Assembly: GCA_014360945.1 (NCBI GenBank)
Contig: JACIWM010000001.1
Location: 1-38,285, forward strand
Source of the DNA: Candidatus Bipolaricaulota bacterium
GTDB taxonomy: Bacteria > Bipolaricaulota > Bipolaricaulia > Bipolaricaulales > Bipolaricaulaceae
Length of the DNA stretch: 38,285 bases
Reading direction: 5' to 3'
Shown: in pieces, positions 19,947 to 33,017 of the stretch
Layout: every line of letters starts with the position of its first letter
Position numbering within the stretch: position 1 is the stretch's first letter
Made by a program: the position numbers and the translations under genes
Notes under the pieces: model-generated
Seen by the model: only the letters and a program-made list of their open reading frames with translations
Told to the model about the DNA's origin: nothing
The model's database searches: none

Positions 19947-20264
19947 ATGCCCGGCATACGTGAGACTTCTATCATTGGAATCATCACCTGGGTTGTTCTT
20001 CTGTTTTGGATCCCTTCGTGGGCTTGGGCTTTCTTTTATGGTTTGGCGGTGGTGATCGGCACACGCCTACTTTTCGCCAAGCTTGCCGTGAAATTTCCCG
20101 ATTTTCTGGGCCTTTGGGCGCTGGGAAAGCACTTGATCCTTGCCGGATTGGCCATAGGCGGGGTTATTTTTGGTTTGCACCCTGTTGGGGTGGTTTTGGG
20201 CCTTGCCCTATGGCCTTTGGGACTTTGGCTTTGGGCGGCGCGGCATGTTCGCCACAGTCGGTAA
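19947..20264 (+). CDS. Small hydrophobic membrane protein in the AtpI/AtpZ position upstream of atpB
   Basis: 105-aa ORF that is almost entirely hydrophobic, with 3-4 predicted TM segments. It starts 4 nt after the frr stop and lies directly upstream of subunit a. No clear SD, and no sequence signature that I recognise. Confidence 0.4.
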   Translation: MPGIRETSIIGIITWVVLLFWIPSWAWAFFYGLAVVIGTRLLFAKLAVKFPDFLGLWALGKHLILAGLAIGGVIFGLHPVGVVLGLALWPLGLWLWAARHVRHSR

Positions 20265-21138
20265 GGACTTGGTCCTTCACCTGAAATTCGGGCCCATTAC
20301 TGTGGCCTTCAATCCCGCCACGTTGGGCGCGGTTCTTGGCATTTCTTTCCTCCTTTTGGTTTTGGCCCTTTGGCTTCGCCGGGGAATCCCGAAAGATCCT
20401 GAGGCTGTGCCGCCACGTCGGTTTGCTTTTCTTCTTGCGCTCATGGATTTCGTGGAGAACCAAGTCCTCAGCGGCGTCTCTGAGAAACTTCGCCGGTCCC
20501 TTCTTCCCTTCATCGCCACCCTTTTCCTTTACGTTTTGACGTGCAACCTCTCTTCCATCCTTCCCATCCCCGGGATGGTCGCCCCCACTCAGGACCTCAA
20601 CGTTCCCCTGGGCCTGGCCCTTCTTGTTTATGTGCTCACTCACTTTTATGGGATTCGTGCCAAAGGAGCATTCCGCCACGTGAAAGGCTATTTGGAACCG
20701 ATCCCGGTGATGTTGCCCATGAACATCGCGGGCGATATGGGAAGGACCTTGTCCCACGGATTCCGTCTTTTTGGGAACATTTTGGGTGGGGCCATCATGC
20801 TGGCCGTGGCCATCCCTGTTTTGCTGCGGTTCATGCATTCCCCATTTTTCACCGGGCTTTTTGCGGTCGTTTTGGCTCTTATGGGCCTTGTTCTTCGGCG
20901 CTGGAAAAAGACGCTGGGCATGGCCACATTCTCCTTGGGGATCGTCCTTCTTGTGCTCAATGCCTTGGAATTCGTTTTTTCGGGAGTGGGTGTGGCGCGG
21001 TTCAGTCTGAGTGCGCTCATGGTTGGTTCGGTGGCCAGCTTTTTCCTGAACGCGTTTTTCGGGATCTTTGCGGGCACAATACAGGCGTTGGTGTTCACGC
21101 TTCTTGCGGCCGCGTATATTCAGGTCGCCGCGGAATGA
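20245..21138 (+). CDS. atpB: F-type ATP synthase Fo subunit a
   Basis: Has the conserved stator Arg in HGFRLFGNI and a C-terminal helix GTIQALVFTLLAAAYI. The start is taken at ATG 20245 (MFATVGKD). A TTG at 20170 is an alternative start. Confidence 0.88.
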   Translation: MFATVGKDLVLHLKFGPITVAFNPATLGAVLGISFLLLVLALWLRRGIPKDPEAVPPRRFAFLLALMDFVENQVLSGVSEKLRRSLLPFIATLFLYVLTCNLSSILPIPGMVAPTQDLNVPLGLALLVYVLTHFYGIRAKGAFRHVKGYLEPIPVMLPMNIAGDMGRTLSHGFRLFGNILGGAIMLAVAIPVLLRFMHSPFFTGLFAVVLALMGLVLRRWKKTLGMATFSLGIVLLVLNALEFVFSGVGVARFSLSALMVGSVASFFLNAFFGIFAGTIQALVFTLLAAAYIQVAAE

Positions 21139-21151
21139 AAAGGAGGAAAGA

Positions 21152-21391
21152 ATGGGACCGGAGCTTGTTCAAGCTTTGAAATACTTGGCGGCTGGACTTT
21201 GCATGGGCATTGGCGCCATCGGCCCAGCCATTGGCGAAGGCCACATCGGCGCCTCCGCCTTGGAGGGCATGGCCCGTCAGCCGGAGATGGTCAACACCCT
21301 TCTTCGCAACATGATCATCGCCGACGCCATCGCTGAAACCACCGGCATCTATTCCCTTCTCATCGCCATCATGATTCTGTTCGTGGTGTGA
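21152..21391 (+). CDS. atpE: F-type ATP synthase Fo subunit c
   Basis: 79-aa protein from ATG 21152, preceded by AGGAGG. It has GIGAIGPAIGEG, the loop ARQPE, and the ion-binding helix ADAIAETTGIYSLLIA. Confidence 0.95.
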   Translation: MGPELVQALKYLAAGLCMGIGAIGPAIGEGHIGASALEGMARQPEMVNTLLRNMIIADAIAETTGIYSLLIAIMILFVV

Positions 21392-21398
21392 GGGGCCC

Positions 21399-21914
21399 AT
21401 GGAATTTGGCTGGGAACCAATCATAAAGAGCCTAAACTGGACCCTTATCCTTAATGTCATCGCCTTTTTGCTCCTTGTTTGGGCCCTGAAACGCCTTCTT
21501 TTCGCCCGAGCCCTAGCCTGGCTTGATGCCCGAAGGAAACTTGAAGAGGAAAGAATCTCTCGGGCCAAGGCCATGGAGGAGGAAGCTTTAAGGTTGCAGA
21601 AGCAAGCGGAGGAGGAGCTTCAGGACGCGAATCGCCGGGCCCGGGCCGTGCTGGCCCAGGCGGAGGCAGAAGCTCAAGAGATCCTGCGTCGGGCGAGGGA
21701 GGAGGCCCGGGAGGAGGCCCGGCGTATCATCCAAGAGGCGGAGGCTGCGGCCAGGCGCGTCCAAGAAGAAGCCCTTCAGGAACTACGCAAGGTTTATGCA
21801 GAACTCGTGGTTTTGGGCGCGGCCCAGGTCCTTGGCCGGGAGGTGCGCGCCGAAGACCATGAACGGATCCTGGCGGAGCTCCTCTCCCGTCTCGGCCCGG
21901 GCGTCCTCTCTTAA
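21399..21914 (+). CDS. atpF: F-type ATP synthase Fo subunit b
   Basis: 171-aa ORF with a single N-terminal TM segment followed by a long Ala/Glu/Arg-rich helix. Operon position between c and delta. Confidence 0.85.
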   Translation: MEFGWEPIIKSLNWTLILNVIAFLLLVWALKRLLFARALAWLDARRKLEEERISRAKAMEEEALRLQKQAEEELQDANRRARAVLAQAEAEAQEILRRAREEAREEARRIIQEAEAAARRVQEEALQELRKVYAELVVLGAAQVLGREVRAEDHERILAELLSRLGPGVLS

Positions 21915-21915
21915 G

Positions 21916-22452
21916 ATGCCGCACCGGGAAACGCTCGAGGAAAAATACGCGCAAGCTTTGCTGGAGGTGGCCCGTGAGGTCCAAGCGGAGCGGAGGATCG
22001 CCGAGGATCTCGCGTTCGTTGGGGAGATTTTGCGGGCTATTCCAGAGTTGCTTCTGTTCCTGGCCCATCCCCGGGTGGCCCCGGAGGGCAAGGAAGCGGT
22101 GTTGGCGGAATTGAAAGAGAGAATACATCCCTACACCCTGAACCTTTTGCGGCTTTTAGTGCGCCACGGTCGGGCCGGGCTTCTTCCCAAACTGAGTTCC
22201 GCGTACTACGCAGCGCTGGAGAAAATGGGGGGGCCGGTGTACGTATTGGTGCGCACAGCTCAACCTCTTTCCCCGGAGCTTCAGGAAAGGTTGCGGGCTC
22301 GCTTGGAAGAGGCGTTGGGCCGGGAAGTAGCACTCGAAGAGGAATTGCGGCCGGAACTTCTGGCCGGGGTGGAACTGGTGATCTCCGGCCGTCGGTTGGA
22401 CGCTTCTTTACGCGGGCGGCTGGAGCGGCTCCGCCGCGCCTTGGGAGGGTGA
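21916..22452 (+). CDS. atpH: F-type ATP synthase F1 subunit delta (OSCP)
   Basis: 178-aa protein from ATG 21916, 1 nt after the atpF TAA. It has YAQALLEVA and a C-terminal [19 protein letters not shown], typical of delta/OSCP. Confidence 0.85.
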   Translation: MPHRETLEEKYAQALLEVAREVQAERRIAEDLAFVGEILRAIPELLLFLAHPRVAPEGKEAVLAELKERIHPYTLNLLRLLVRHGRAGLLPKLSSAYYAALEKMGGPVYVLVRTAQPLSPELQERLRARLEEALGREVALEEELRPELLAGVELVISGRRLDASLRGRLERLRRALGG

Positions 22453-22453
22453 A

Positions 22454-23959
<1,506 letters not shown>

Positions 23960-23961
23960 TT

Positions 23962-26204
<2,243 letters not shown>

Positions 26205-26225
26205 TTCCGCAAAAGGAACAAAAAC

Positions 26226-26242
26226 GGGGAAGGTCCTTCCCC
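26226..26242. terminator. Short GC hairpin between convergent atpD and the oxidoreductase gene (bidirectional terminator candidate)
   Basis: GGGGAA-GGTCC-TTCCCC gives a 6-bp stem and a 5-nt loop. On the minus strand it is followed by the T-rich GTTTTTGTTCCTTTTG. The plus-strand T-tract is weaker. Confidence 0.45.
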
Positions 26243-26249
26243 TTAGGAC

Positions 26250-27314
26250 TCAGTTTTGCTCGCGCAAGGCTTTGGTAGCTTCTATGGCTGTAGCAAGGCT
26301 AGCGAAAGCGTCCTCAGGGGTAATTGTGGGCTCTCGCCCTTCCCGAATTGCCCAAACCAAGTCCCTCATGACCGCCTGAACGGCGCGCTTGTATTCTTCT
26401 TGCCTATCAGGAGCGCAAACCTCAGCTTGCACCTCCACCCTTGATTTGTAGTGCCTGATGCTTTCTGGAGATTTCCCCAAAAGCCTTTGTAGAACCGGTA
26501 GTTTTTCCACCTCCACAAGGCCATGCAGAGTCAACCTTATGGGAATCCAGCCTTCAATTGTGATTTCCCCGTTCGCCAGGCCTAGATGGAGGGTTGTTCG
26601 CTCTATGCAACGCGGGCGGTTAAAGCTATGGTAAAAGATGGCAAGCATCCTCTCGCCATAGCGGACCACTGCGCCCACCTTATCCCATCTGCCATCAGGA
26701 CTACGCAGCGCGTAACCATGAACAGCGTCTGGCAATTCGCCGGCTAGCTGGTTGGCGAGGTCAAAGAAATGCACCCCGTGTTCTACGTGGATGCCCCCGC
26801 TTTTTGCCACGTCCCAAAACCAATGATTTGGATCAAGGCCTTCATTGGTAGCTAAATTTATCAGTGCAAAAAGGTGCAATTCGCCGAAAATTTTCTCGCG
26901 CACGATTCGTAGGGCAAGTTGATGCAAAGGATGATAGCGAAGGACATAGTCCACCGTTAGAAGGACTCCGCTCTCATGGGCAGCCTCCACAGCGGCCCTA
27001 GCTTCGGCAAGATCTGTGGCTAAAGGCTTTTCCACCAGCACGTGTTTCCCAGCCCGAGCAGCTTGGATAGCTATGGAGCCGTGGAGAAAAGGAGGTGTGC
27101 TGATGACCACAACTTCCACCTCTTTGTCACCGAGTAAATCCGCGAAATTTCTATATACCCGAGCACTTGGGGGAGCCAAGGCCTTTGCCCGAGCTTGTTC
27201 TGTGTCGCAGACCGCAACGAGTCGTATCTCCTCCATCTCTCTGTACGCGGAAACGAGAAATTGTCCAAACCTCCCCAATCCAACTATTCCTACACCGATT
27301 GGACGCTCATTCAT
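26250..27314 (-). CDS. Gfo/Idh/MocA family NAD(P)-dependent oxidoreductase
   Basis: Has the Rossmann N-terminus [13 protein letters not shown] and the family hallmark [11 protein letters not shown]. The ATG at 27314 (MNERPIG) overlaps the GH130 stop by 8 nt. Confidence 0.88.
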   Translation of the reverse strand: MNERPIGVGIVGLGRFGQFLVSAYREMEEIRLVAVCDTEQARAKALAPPSARVYRNFADLLGDKEVEVVVISTPPFLHGSIAIQAARAGKHVLVEKPLATDLAEARAAVEAAHESGVLLTVDYVLRYHPLHQLALRIVREKIFGELHLFALINLATNEGLDPNHWFWDVAKSGGIHVEHGVHFFDLANQLAGELPDAVHGYALRSPDGRWDKVGAVVRYGERMLAIFYHSFNRPRCIERTTLHLGLANGEITIEGWIPIRLTLHGLVEVEKLPVLQRLLGKSPESIRHYKSRVEVQAEVCAPDRQEEYKRAVQAVMRDLVWAIREGREPTITPEDAFASLATAIEATKALREQN

Positions 27315-28227
27315 GGTAACGCACATAGTCCAAAAGATCCTTTAAGGGCGCGGTAGCCAGGCCAATAACATGGTCAGCTCCACCATAAAAGAGATAAACC
27401 GTGTCTCCCACCACCACATTCGCGCAGCTGAACACCACGTTTGGCACGGTGCCATAAACCTCCCAAATCGCCTCCGGCCAGAAGACAGGGTCTTTGGGAC
27501 GAGAGATCACCCGGCTTGGGTCATCCAGATCTAAAAGAGCCACGCCGAAACGGTAAACTCGATTTTTGTCGTAGGCATGGTAAAAGATGAGCCAGCCGTA
27601 GTCAGTCTCAACAGGCACGCCATTTGCGCCTACACAAACATTATCCCACCAGTTGTTTTCTCGCGGGCCGAAAAGAGGCCGGAACCTATCTTTGGGCCAG
27701 TGCACCAAGTCTTCGGAAAATGCCAGCCAAATGGCGGGCCGTGGCCGATGCAAAGCTACATAGTAGCCCCCAATTTTCCGAGGAAAGAGCACATGGTCCT
27801 TATTGTCCTGATCTTCCACCAAAGGCCCGATTCGCTCCCAAGTGATGAGGTTTTGGCTCCGGGCCAACATAGGGGTGATCGTTCCTCCGGCCAGGATTGC
27901 TCCATTCCGTGGCGGGCCGAAGGCTGTGTAGGTCATGTAAAAACATCCCTCGAGCTCCACAATCCTTGGGTCCTCCACCCCCCATGCTTCCCTTGGCTCT
28001 TCAGGCACGAATACTGGCTGACGAAGCCGGTTCCAATGGATTCCATCTTCGCTCACTGCATACCCAAGGCGGCTTACAAAATCTCCCCCTTGGGCCCGGT
28101 AAAGCATGTGAAAAAGACCGCGGTGATAAATCACCGCGGGGTTGAAAACGTTGACACACTCCCAATTCGACGTGGGATCAGGTGTCAAGATAGGTACATC
28201 CGATACCCGGTTAAAGAGCTTTTTCAT
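27307..28227 (-). CDS. GH130-family beta-mannoside phosphorylase/hydrolase-like protein
   Basis: 306-aa ORF with [19 protein letters not shown]....[15 protein letters not shown]...PV.....E..GVEDPRIV...G.FYMTYTAF, the five-bladed beta-propeller pattern of GH130/DUF377. Confidence 0.85.
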   Translation of the reverse strand: MKKLFNRVSDVPILTPDPTSNWECVNVFNPAVIYHRGLFHMLYRAQGGDFVSRLGYAVSEDGIHWNRLRQPVFVPEEPREAWGVEDPRIVELEGCFYMTYTAFGPPRNGAILAGGTITPMLARSQNLITWERIGPLVEDQDNKDHVLFPRKIGGYYVALHRPRPAIWLAFSEDLVHWPKDRFRPLFGPRENNWWDNVCVGANGVPVETDYGWLIFYHAYDKNRVYRFGVALLDLDDPSRVISRPKDPVFWPEAIWEVYGTVPNVVFSCANVVVGDTVYLFYGGADHVIGLATAPLKDLLDYVRYHE

Positions 28228-28238
28228 TTCTTCCCTCC

Positions 28239-29084
28239 TTAAGTGGAGATCACCAGTGAAACACCTTGTACAAACCTGCGGCTGAAGAGGAGGAACAACA
28301 CGATGATAGGAAAGGTAAGGAGAACACCAGCTGCATAAAGCGGGCCCTCATAACCTCCATATGGTCCGAACATGGTGGCCAAAAGGACGTTGAGGGTCTG
28401 TTTAGCTGGGTCCCGTATCACAATGAGGTCCCAAAGAAGCTCGATCCAACGCTCCATGAACAGGAACAGAAAGACAATGGCAGTTATGGGTCGGGCAATG
28501 GGAATCATGATTTGAAAAATGATGCGTAATTCGCCTGCTCCGTCCATTCGGGCGGCTTCAATAACTTCTTTGGGCACCGTTCGGAAGAAGTTGGCGTACA
28601 TGAAAATGGCCCAAGTGCTCACAAGCCCAGGCAAGATCATAGCGGCGTAAGTGTCGTAAAGGCCAAGGGCCCGAATAAGAAGGAAGGTGGGGACAAGGAG
28701 GATGATGCCCGGGTAAAACATGTGGAAAAGGATAAAGTTTTGGATCACCCCTCGGCCGCGGAAAGAAAGCACGGCTAAAGCGTAACCTACCAATGACCCC
28801 ACAAGCACCCGACTCAATGTGACCACTGTGGCTACTAGGGCGCTATTGCCCAGGGCCCTAAGCCAAGGCCGCGGCAAAGACGCCGCCCCACCGGCAAAAA
28901 GCCAGGTATAGGAGCGTACCCCTAGACTACTTGGAATAAACACCCGGTCCACCTCGTGCCATGGAGCAAGGGATTGAATCAGCATGTATAAGTACGGAAT
29001 GATCATTAACGCCAAAACCACAGTGGCCGTGGTGTATAGGGCCAAAACCTTGGCTTTTCCCCGCTTCTTGGCTTGAACCATCAT
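28239..29084 (-). CDS. Carbohydrate ABC transporter permease (CUT1, MalG-like)
   Basis: 281-aa multi-TM protein with the EAA loop [26 protein letters not shown]. Confidence 0.9.
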   Translation of the reverse strand: MMVQAKKRGKAKVLALYTTATVVLALMIIPYLYMLIQSLAPWHEVDRVFIPSSLGVRSYTWLFAGGAASLPRPWLRALGNSALVATVVTLSRVLVGSLVGYALAVLSFRGRGVIQNFILFHMFYPGIILLVPTFLLIRALGLYDTYAAMILPGLVSTWAIFMYANFFRTVPKEVIEAARMDGAGELRIIFQIMIPIARPITAIVFLFLFMERWIELLWDLIVIRDPAKQTLNVLLATMFGPYGGYEGPLYAAGVLLTFPIIVLFLLFSRRFVQGVSLVIST

Positions 29085-29090
29085 CTCCTC

Positions 29091-29969
29091 CTAGCGAAAG
29101 CCCAACCGTCTTCCCCAGGATTCCACGACACGTCGGATGATCAAAATACTCCCAAAGGTGATCACTGCATTAAGCACAGCCACTGTGGCACCATAGCCGG
29201 CGCGGAATCGTTCGAAGGCTTGGGAGTAAATCTCCAATTGCCATGTGTGGGTAGCGAAACGCGGTCCTCCTCCAGTGAGAACATAAGGCTCGGTGAAAAT
29301 GCCGAAGCATAGCCCCACCGAAAGGACAAGAACGGTGTAAAAGGCAGGGTAAAGAAGCGGGACGGTGATCTTGCGAAACTGAGTGAGCGGGCCGGCCCCG
29401 TCCAAAGCCGCGGCCTCATAAAGTTCCCGGGGAATCCCCTGGAGGCCGGCAAGAAAGATGAGGGCATAGTAACCGGAGAGTTTCCAGATAATCATGGCAC
29501 TAATTACCAGCGTGGCCCAAAAAGGATCTCGTAGCCAGCGCGGAGAACTTCCAAATACCGAGCGAAGGAACTCGTTAAACGCACTATCATAAGAAAGGAT
29601 TCCACGTACTACCAGGCTCACCGCTACACCAGAAGCCAAATAGGGCAGGAAAAAACCTACCGCGTAAAACTGTTTCCCCCGGGGGAGATGCTGCACAAGC
29701 AAAGCTAGACCGAGGGAGGCCACTATTACACCAGGCACGATAATTCCCATGAATTTATAAGTGTTAACAAAAGCTTTAAACACGCGAGTGCTAGTGAGAG
29801 CCTCACGGAAGTTTCCTAGTCCAACATAGGTGCGTACAGGCGAGATGACGTTCCAATCGAAAAACACGAGGGAAAGACTCCATCCCAATGGGATGAGGAA
29901 AAACAAGATAGCGCTCAAAAGATAGGGGCTGGCCAAAAGCCAGCCCCCCAATTCTTTTTTCGTGCTCAC
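29091..29969 (-). CDS. Carbohydrate ABC transporter permease (CUT1, MalF-like)
   Basis: 292-aa multi-TM protein with the EAA loop LYEAAALDGAGPLTQFRKITVPLLYP. Confidence 0.9.
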   Translation of the reverse strand: MSTKKELGGWLLASPYLLSAILFFLIPLGWSLSLVFFDWNVISPVRTYVGLGNFREALTSTRVFKAFVNTYKFMGIIVPGVIVASLGLALLVQHLPRGKQFYAVGFFLPYLASGVAVSLVVRGILSYDSAFNEFLRSVFGSSPRWLRDPFWATLVISAMIIWKLSGYYALIFLAGLQGIPRELYEAAALDGAGPLTQFRKITVPLLYPAFYTVLVLSVGLCFGIFTEPYVLTGGGPRFATHTWQLEIYSQAFERFRAGYGATVAVLNAVITFGSILIIRRVVESWGRRLGFR

Positions 29970-29975
29970 GGCGGT

Positions 29976-31253
29976 TTACTTCAAGATGTCCTTAACCGCA
30001 GCCTTCCAAGCCTCCCACCCTTCCTCTGGGGTGAGCTCCCCGATGAGGACAGGATAGATGCACTCCAATCCCATAAGCTCTTGGATGTCCACGTATTTGT
30101 AGTGGAATATTGGAGGGACGGCATAGGGAATGGCCGCGGCGTAGTCCAACAATGCCGGCTCCTTTTCTTTTATGTATTCGAGGAAAAGTGGGTTCTTCCC
30201 TACATCATCCCGAGCCGGAAGCATTCCTGTAGTCTGAATCCACAAGAGATCGTGTTCCGGATTGCTCAATACCCAGGCAATGAAGTCCCACATCGCCTGG
30301 CGCTGCTGAGGTGTGGCCTGGGCATAAAGCACCAAACCTTTGGCATCGGCAAAGGTATAGACAGGTTTGTCAGCCGGATAATTATCGGGCACAGGCGGCG
30401 GTGTAAGAACGTAAGTTTCGCCGTATACAAGTTCGGGATAATTCTCCTTCCACCAGGGGAATGTCCATGGACCCAGCACGGTCATGATCGTTTTTCCCTC
30501 TTCAAATCCGGTCGCTAAAGGTTCGGTGATCAAAAGTTCTTGGTCGCGCAGAGTTTTGAAAAATCCCAGCACGGCCACAGCAGCCTCATCGTCGGCAGTG
30601 ATCTCCGGTTCGGTGATAATGGGCTGGCCCCCACTGGCTGCATAGTAAAACACGAAGAAGTCAAACCATCGCTGCCACCACGTGGGCACTTCCAACTCGC
30701 TACGAAGCCATAAGAACTTATCGGGATAAACCTCTTTCAACCTCTTCCCCACAGCGAGCACTTCGCTATAGGTCCGAGGCGGTTTCTCGTATCCAAGCTC
30801 TCGGAGGATATCAATCCGCCAGGCCACAAGCATGGCGTTTACGTAAAGCGGGATGATGTAGTGGTTGCCGTCAGGAAAAACCCAAGCTTTGATGGTCTCC
30901 TCCATGGCCCGAGCTGCTACCACTTGATCCCAATTGGCGAAGGCGTTCCAGGGAACAATCGCCTGCGATCGCACAAGTTCGTCACCAAACCCTACGAATA
31001 CGTTTTCCGAAGCTGTGGGAGCCACGCCTCCGGCAATGGCCGCGAGGATGCCTGCCTCCGAGGTGGGCGCCTCCGGCATGGGGCTCACCGAGATTTTTAC
31101 TTCAGGGTGTTCGGCCATATAGGCCTCGGCCATGCGCCGCCAGAACACCTCTTGTGAGGGATTAGGTGCGGTCCAAAATACAATTTCAATTTGGGCTGCG
31201 CCCACTACCCCCACTACCACAAGACCCATTAATACCTGCCACCACTTCCGCAT
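29976..31253 (-). CDS. Extracellular solute-binding protein of a sugar ABC transporter
   Basis: 425-aa ORF with an N-terminal signal/anchor (MRKWWQVLMGLVVVGVVGAAQ). Composition is typical of family 1 SBPs (IVFWTA...). It sits directly upstream of two CUT1 permeases. Confidence 0.85.
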   Translation of the reverse strand: MRKWWQVLMGLVVVGVVGAAQIEIVFWTAPNPSQEVFWRRMAEAYMAEHPEVKISVSPMPEAPTSEAGILAAIAGGVAPTASENVFVGFGDELVRSQAIVPWNAFANWDQVVAARAMEETIKAWVFPDGNHYIIPLYVNAMLVAWRIDILRELGYEKPPRTYSEVLAVGKRLKEVYPDKFLWLRSELEVPTWWQRWFDFFVFYYAASGGQPIITEPEITADDEAAVAVLGFFKTLRDQELLITEPLATGFEEGKTIMTVLGPWTFPWWKENYPELVYGETYVLTPPPVPDNYPADKPVYTFADAKGLVLYAQATPQQRQAMWDFIAWVLSNPEHDLLWIQTTGMLPARDDVGKNPLFLEYIKEKEPALLDYAAAIPYAVPPIFHYKYVDIQELMGLECIYPVLIGELTPEEGWEAWKAAVKDILK

Positions 31254-31270
31254 GGCTCACCTCCCTTTAT

Positions 31271-32962
31271 TTACTGAGTTCGCCAGTCCACCACGATTCC
31301 TTCGACTAAAAGCTTCCCGCCCTCGTGCACCACCTCCTTTCCCGCGGGAATGAACACCACCACACGCGCGGAATCCGGCGGGATAAGGAGCTTAGCCACT
31401 CCGGACACGTCACGGGCCACAAAAGTTTTGCTCACCGTGTCATAAAGATCTTTAGCCTCCAAACCCACTTCGATCTCGATCTCTTTTTCCTCCGCATAGG
31501 GGTTATAGTAAAGATATGTAGGATAAGCAGGAAGACAGAAGTAGTCAGTGGCTAAAAGATCGATGGAAAGAATGCCCGGAACATTCGTGGGGGAGATAAG
31601 AGCGCCGAAAACCCCGGCGTGGGAGCCAGCATACAACGCGAAATCGGTCTTTGCCCATTTGTTCCGTACAGCATCGCCTGTAGCATAAGGACTGACGATA
31701 TCCCAATCGATGATTCCCCAGCGACGTAAGCCCTCGTAGGGAATGACACCTTTTGAGGTCTCAGCCCAGAAGGCAGAAGACTGGTGGTTGGCCGGATGGT
31801 AGGGAGCATAGAAGAGACGGGCATTTACGGCGGCATTAAGCAACCACTTGCCAATGGCGCGGGCGAAACGAGGGTCATACCGCACCAGCGGCACAAGGGG
31901 CTCAGCCCAAACAAAAGTGTTCATGGCGAAGGCATAGCCTTCTTGGTCGGTCAGGCTGCCGATTAACCCGTCAACTCGTTGTCCGTCCCACTCACCGCTG
32001 ATCATTCCCCAGCCCGGTCGAGCATCTGAAACGCCAAAGCACCATTTCACAAAAGTCCACACGTCATAGTTTCGTCCCAGTTCGGCGTTGATCCTGGCGG
32101 CTACCAACGCACCATACGGAAGAAGAAGCTCATAAAGAGGGTTGTAGTCTTTGGTGGCCAAATCCTGAAGATAAGCAAGCGCCCATTCAGCGGCGATGAG
32201 GAAACGGGGATCTTTGAATGTGACATAAGCCATGTACAAAAGCCAAGCCACTCCAGCGGCAGCATCAGGCTCCCTCCACCAGCGAAATACCGGCTGCATC
32301 TTTGCGAAATCAAAAGCCTGCCAAGAGAAATCGGGCAGTCCATCCTTCCCACCGAGGACATAAGTAGCTTCATACCAGCGCTCGGCCACGATGCGCATGA
32401 TCTCCATCATGCTTAAATCATCTGGGCCTCTTTTTGTCTGCGCTAGCTCGGGGTATTGATTGCAGAGGATGAAAAAAAGAATGCTTGGGTGAATCTCATA
32501 CCAAAAGCTATTACCGCTGACAGTATTTGGCTGGTTTAAAACCAAATTTTGGCCGTTAGCCCGATTAAAGAATTCCTTTTGCATGGTGACGAGATCCAGA
32601 CCATACCAATGGCTCATGTCCAAACCCACAAGGGTTCCACTGCGCACTGCTGCAATTACGTTTATTGCTTCTTGTGCTCCATCCTGACCGTATCGCCGGT
32701 CACCCACGTACGCAGGCAAGGCCAAATGATCCAAACCAAAGTTAACGCCGCGGCGGTCCCACCACGCTAGAGGAAGCAATTCTCCTTGAGCGGAGAGGTC
32801 AAACACAAAAGCGGTGTATTGACGGGCTACTTCCTTCCAATTTCGCAGTTCGAAATTCGGAGGAAGAGAGGGAACGACCTCGAGGCTCGGGATCACAAGT
32901 TGTTGAGCATAAACTCCAAAAGTCAAAGACACCAAAAATACAGCGAGCAAACGCCTTCCCAT
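31271..32962 (-). CDS. Secreted protein of unknown function (possible glycan-active enzyme)
   Basis: 563-aa protein from ATG 32962, preceded by AGGAGG. Signal peptide MGRRLLAVFLVSLTFGVYAQQ. Trp/Tyr-rich, with no family signature that I recognise. It is the second gene of the LacI-controlled glycan locus. Confidence 0.6.
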   Translation of the reverse strand: MGRRLLAVFLVSLTFGVYAQQLVIPSLEVVPSLPPNFELRNWKEVARQYTAFVFDLSAQGELLPLAWWDRRGVNFGLDHLALPAYVGDRRYGQDGAQEAINVIAAVRSGTLVGLDMSHWYGLDLVTMQKEFFNRANGQNLVLNQPNTVSGNSFWYEIHPSILFFILCNQYPELAQTKRGPDDLSMMEIMRIVAERWYEATYVLGGKDGLPDFSWQAFDFAKMQPVFRWWREPDAAAGVAWLLYMAYVTFKDPRFLIAAEWALAYLQDLATKDYNPLYELLLPYGALVAARINAELGRNYDVWTFVKWCFGVSDARPGWGMISGEWDGQRVDGLIGSLTDQEGYAFAMNTFVWAEPLVPLVRYDPRFARAIGKWLLNAAVNARLFYAPYHPANHQSSAFWAETSKGVIPYEGLRRWGIIDWDIVSPYATGDAVRNKWAKTDFALYAGSHAGVFGALISPTNVPGILSIDLLATDYFCLPAYPTYLYYNPYAEEKEIEIEVGLEAKDLYDTVSKTFVARDVSGVAKLLIPPDSARVVVFIPAGKEVVHEGGKLLVEGIVVDWRTQ

Positions 32963-33017
32963 TAGTCCTCCTGCAAAATAAGAGGGGAGGGGAATATCCC
33001 CTCCCCCTTTTCGGGCA

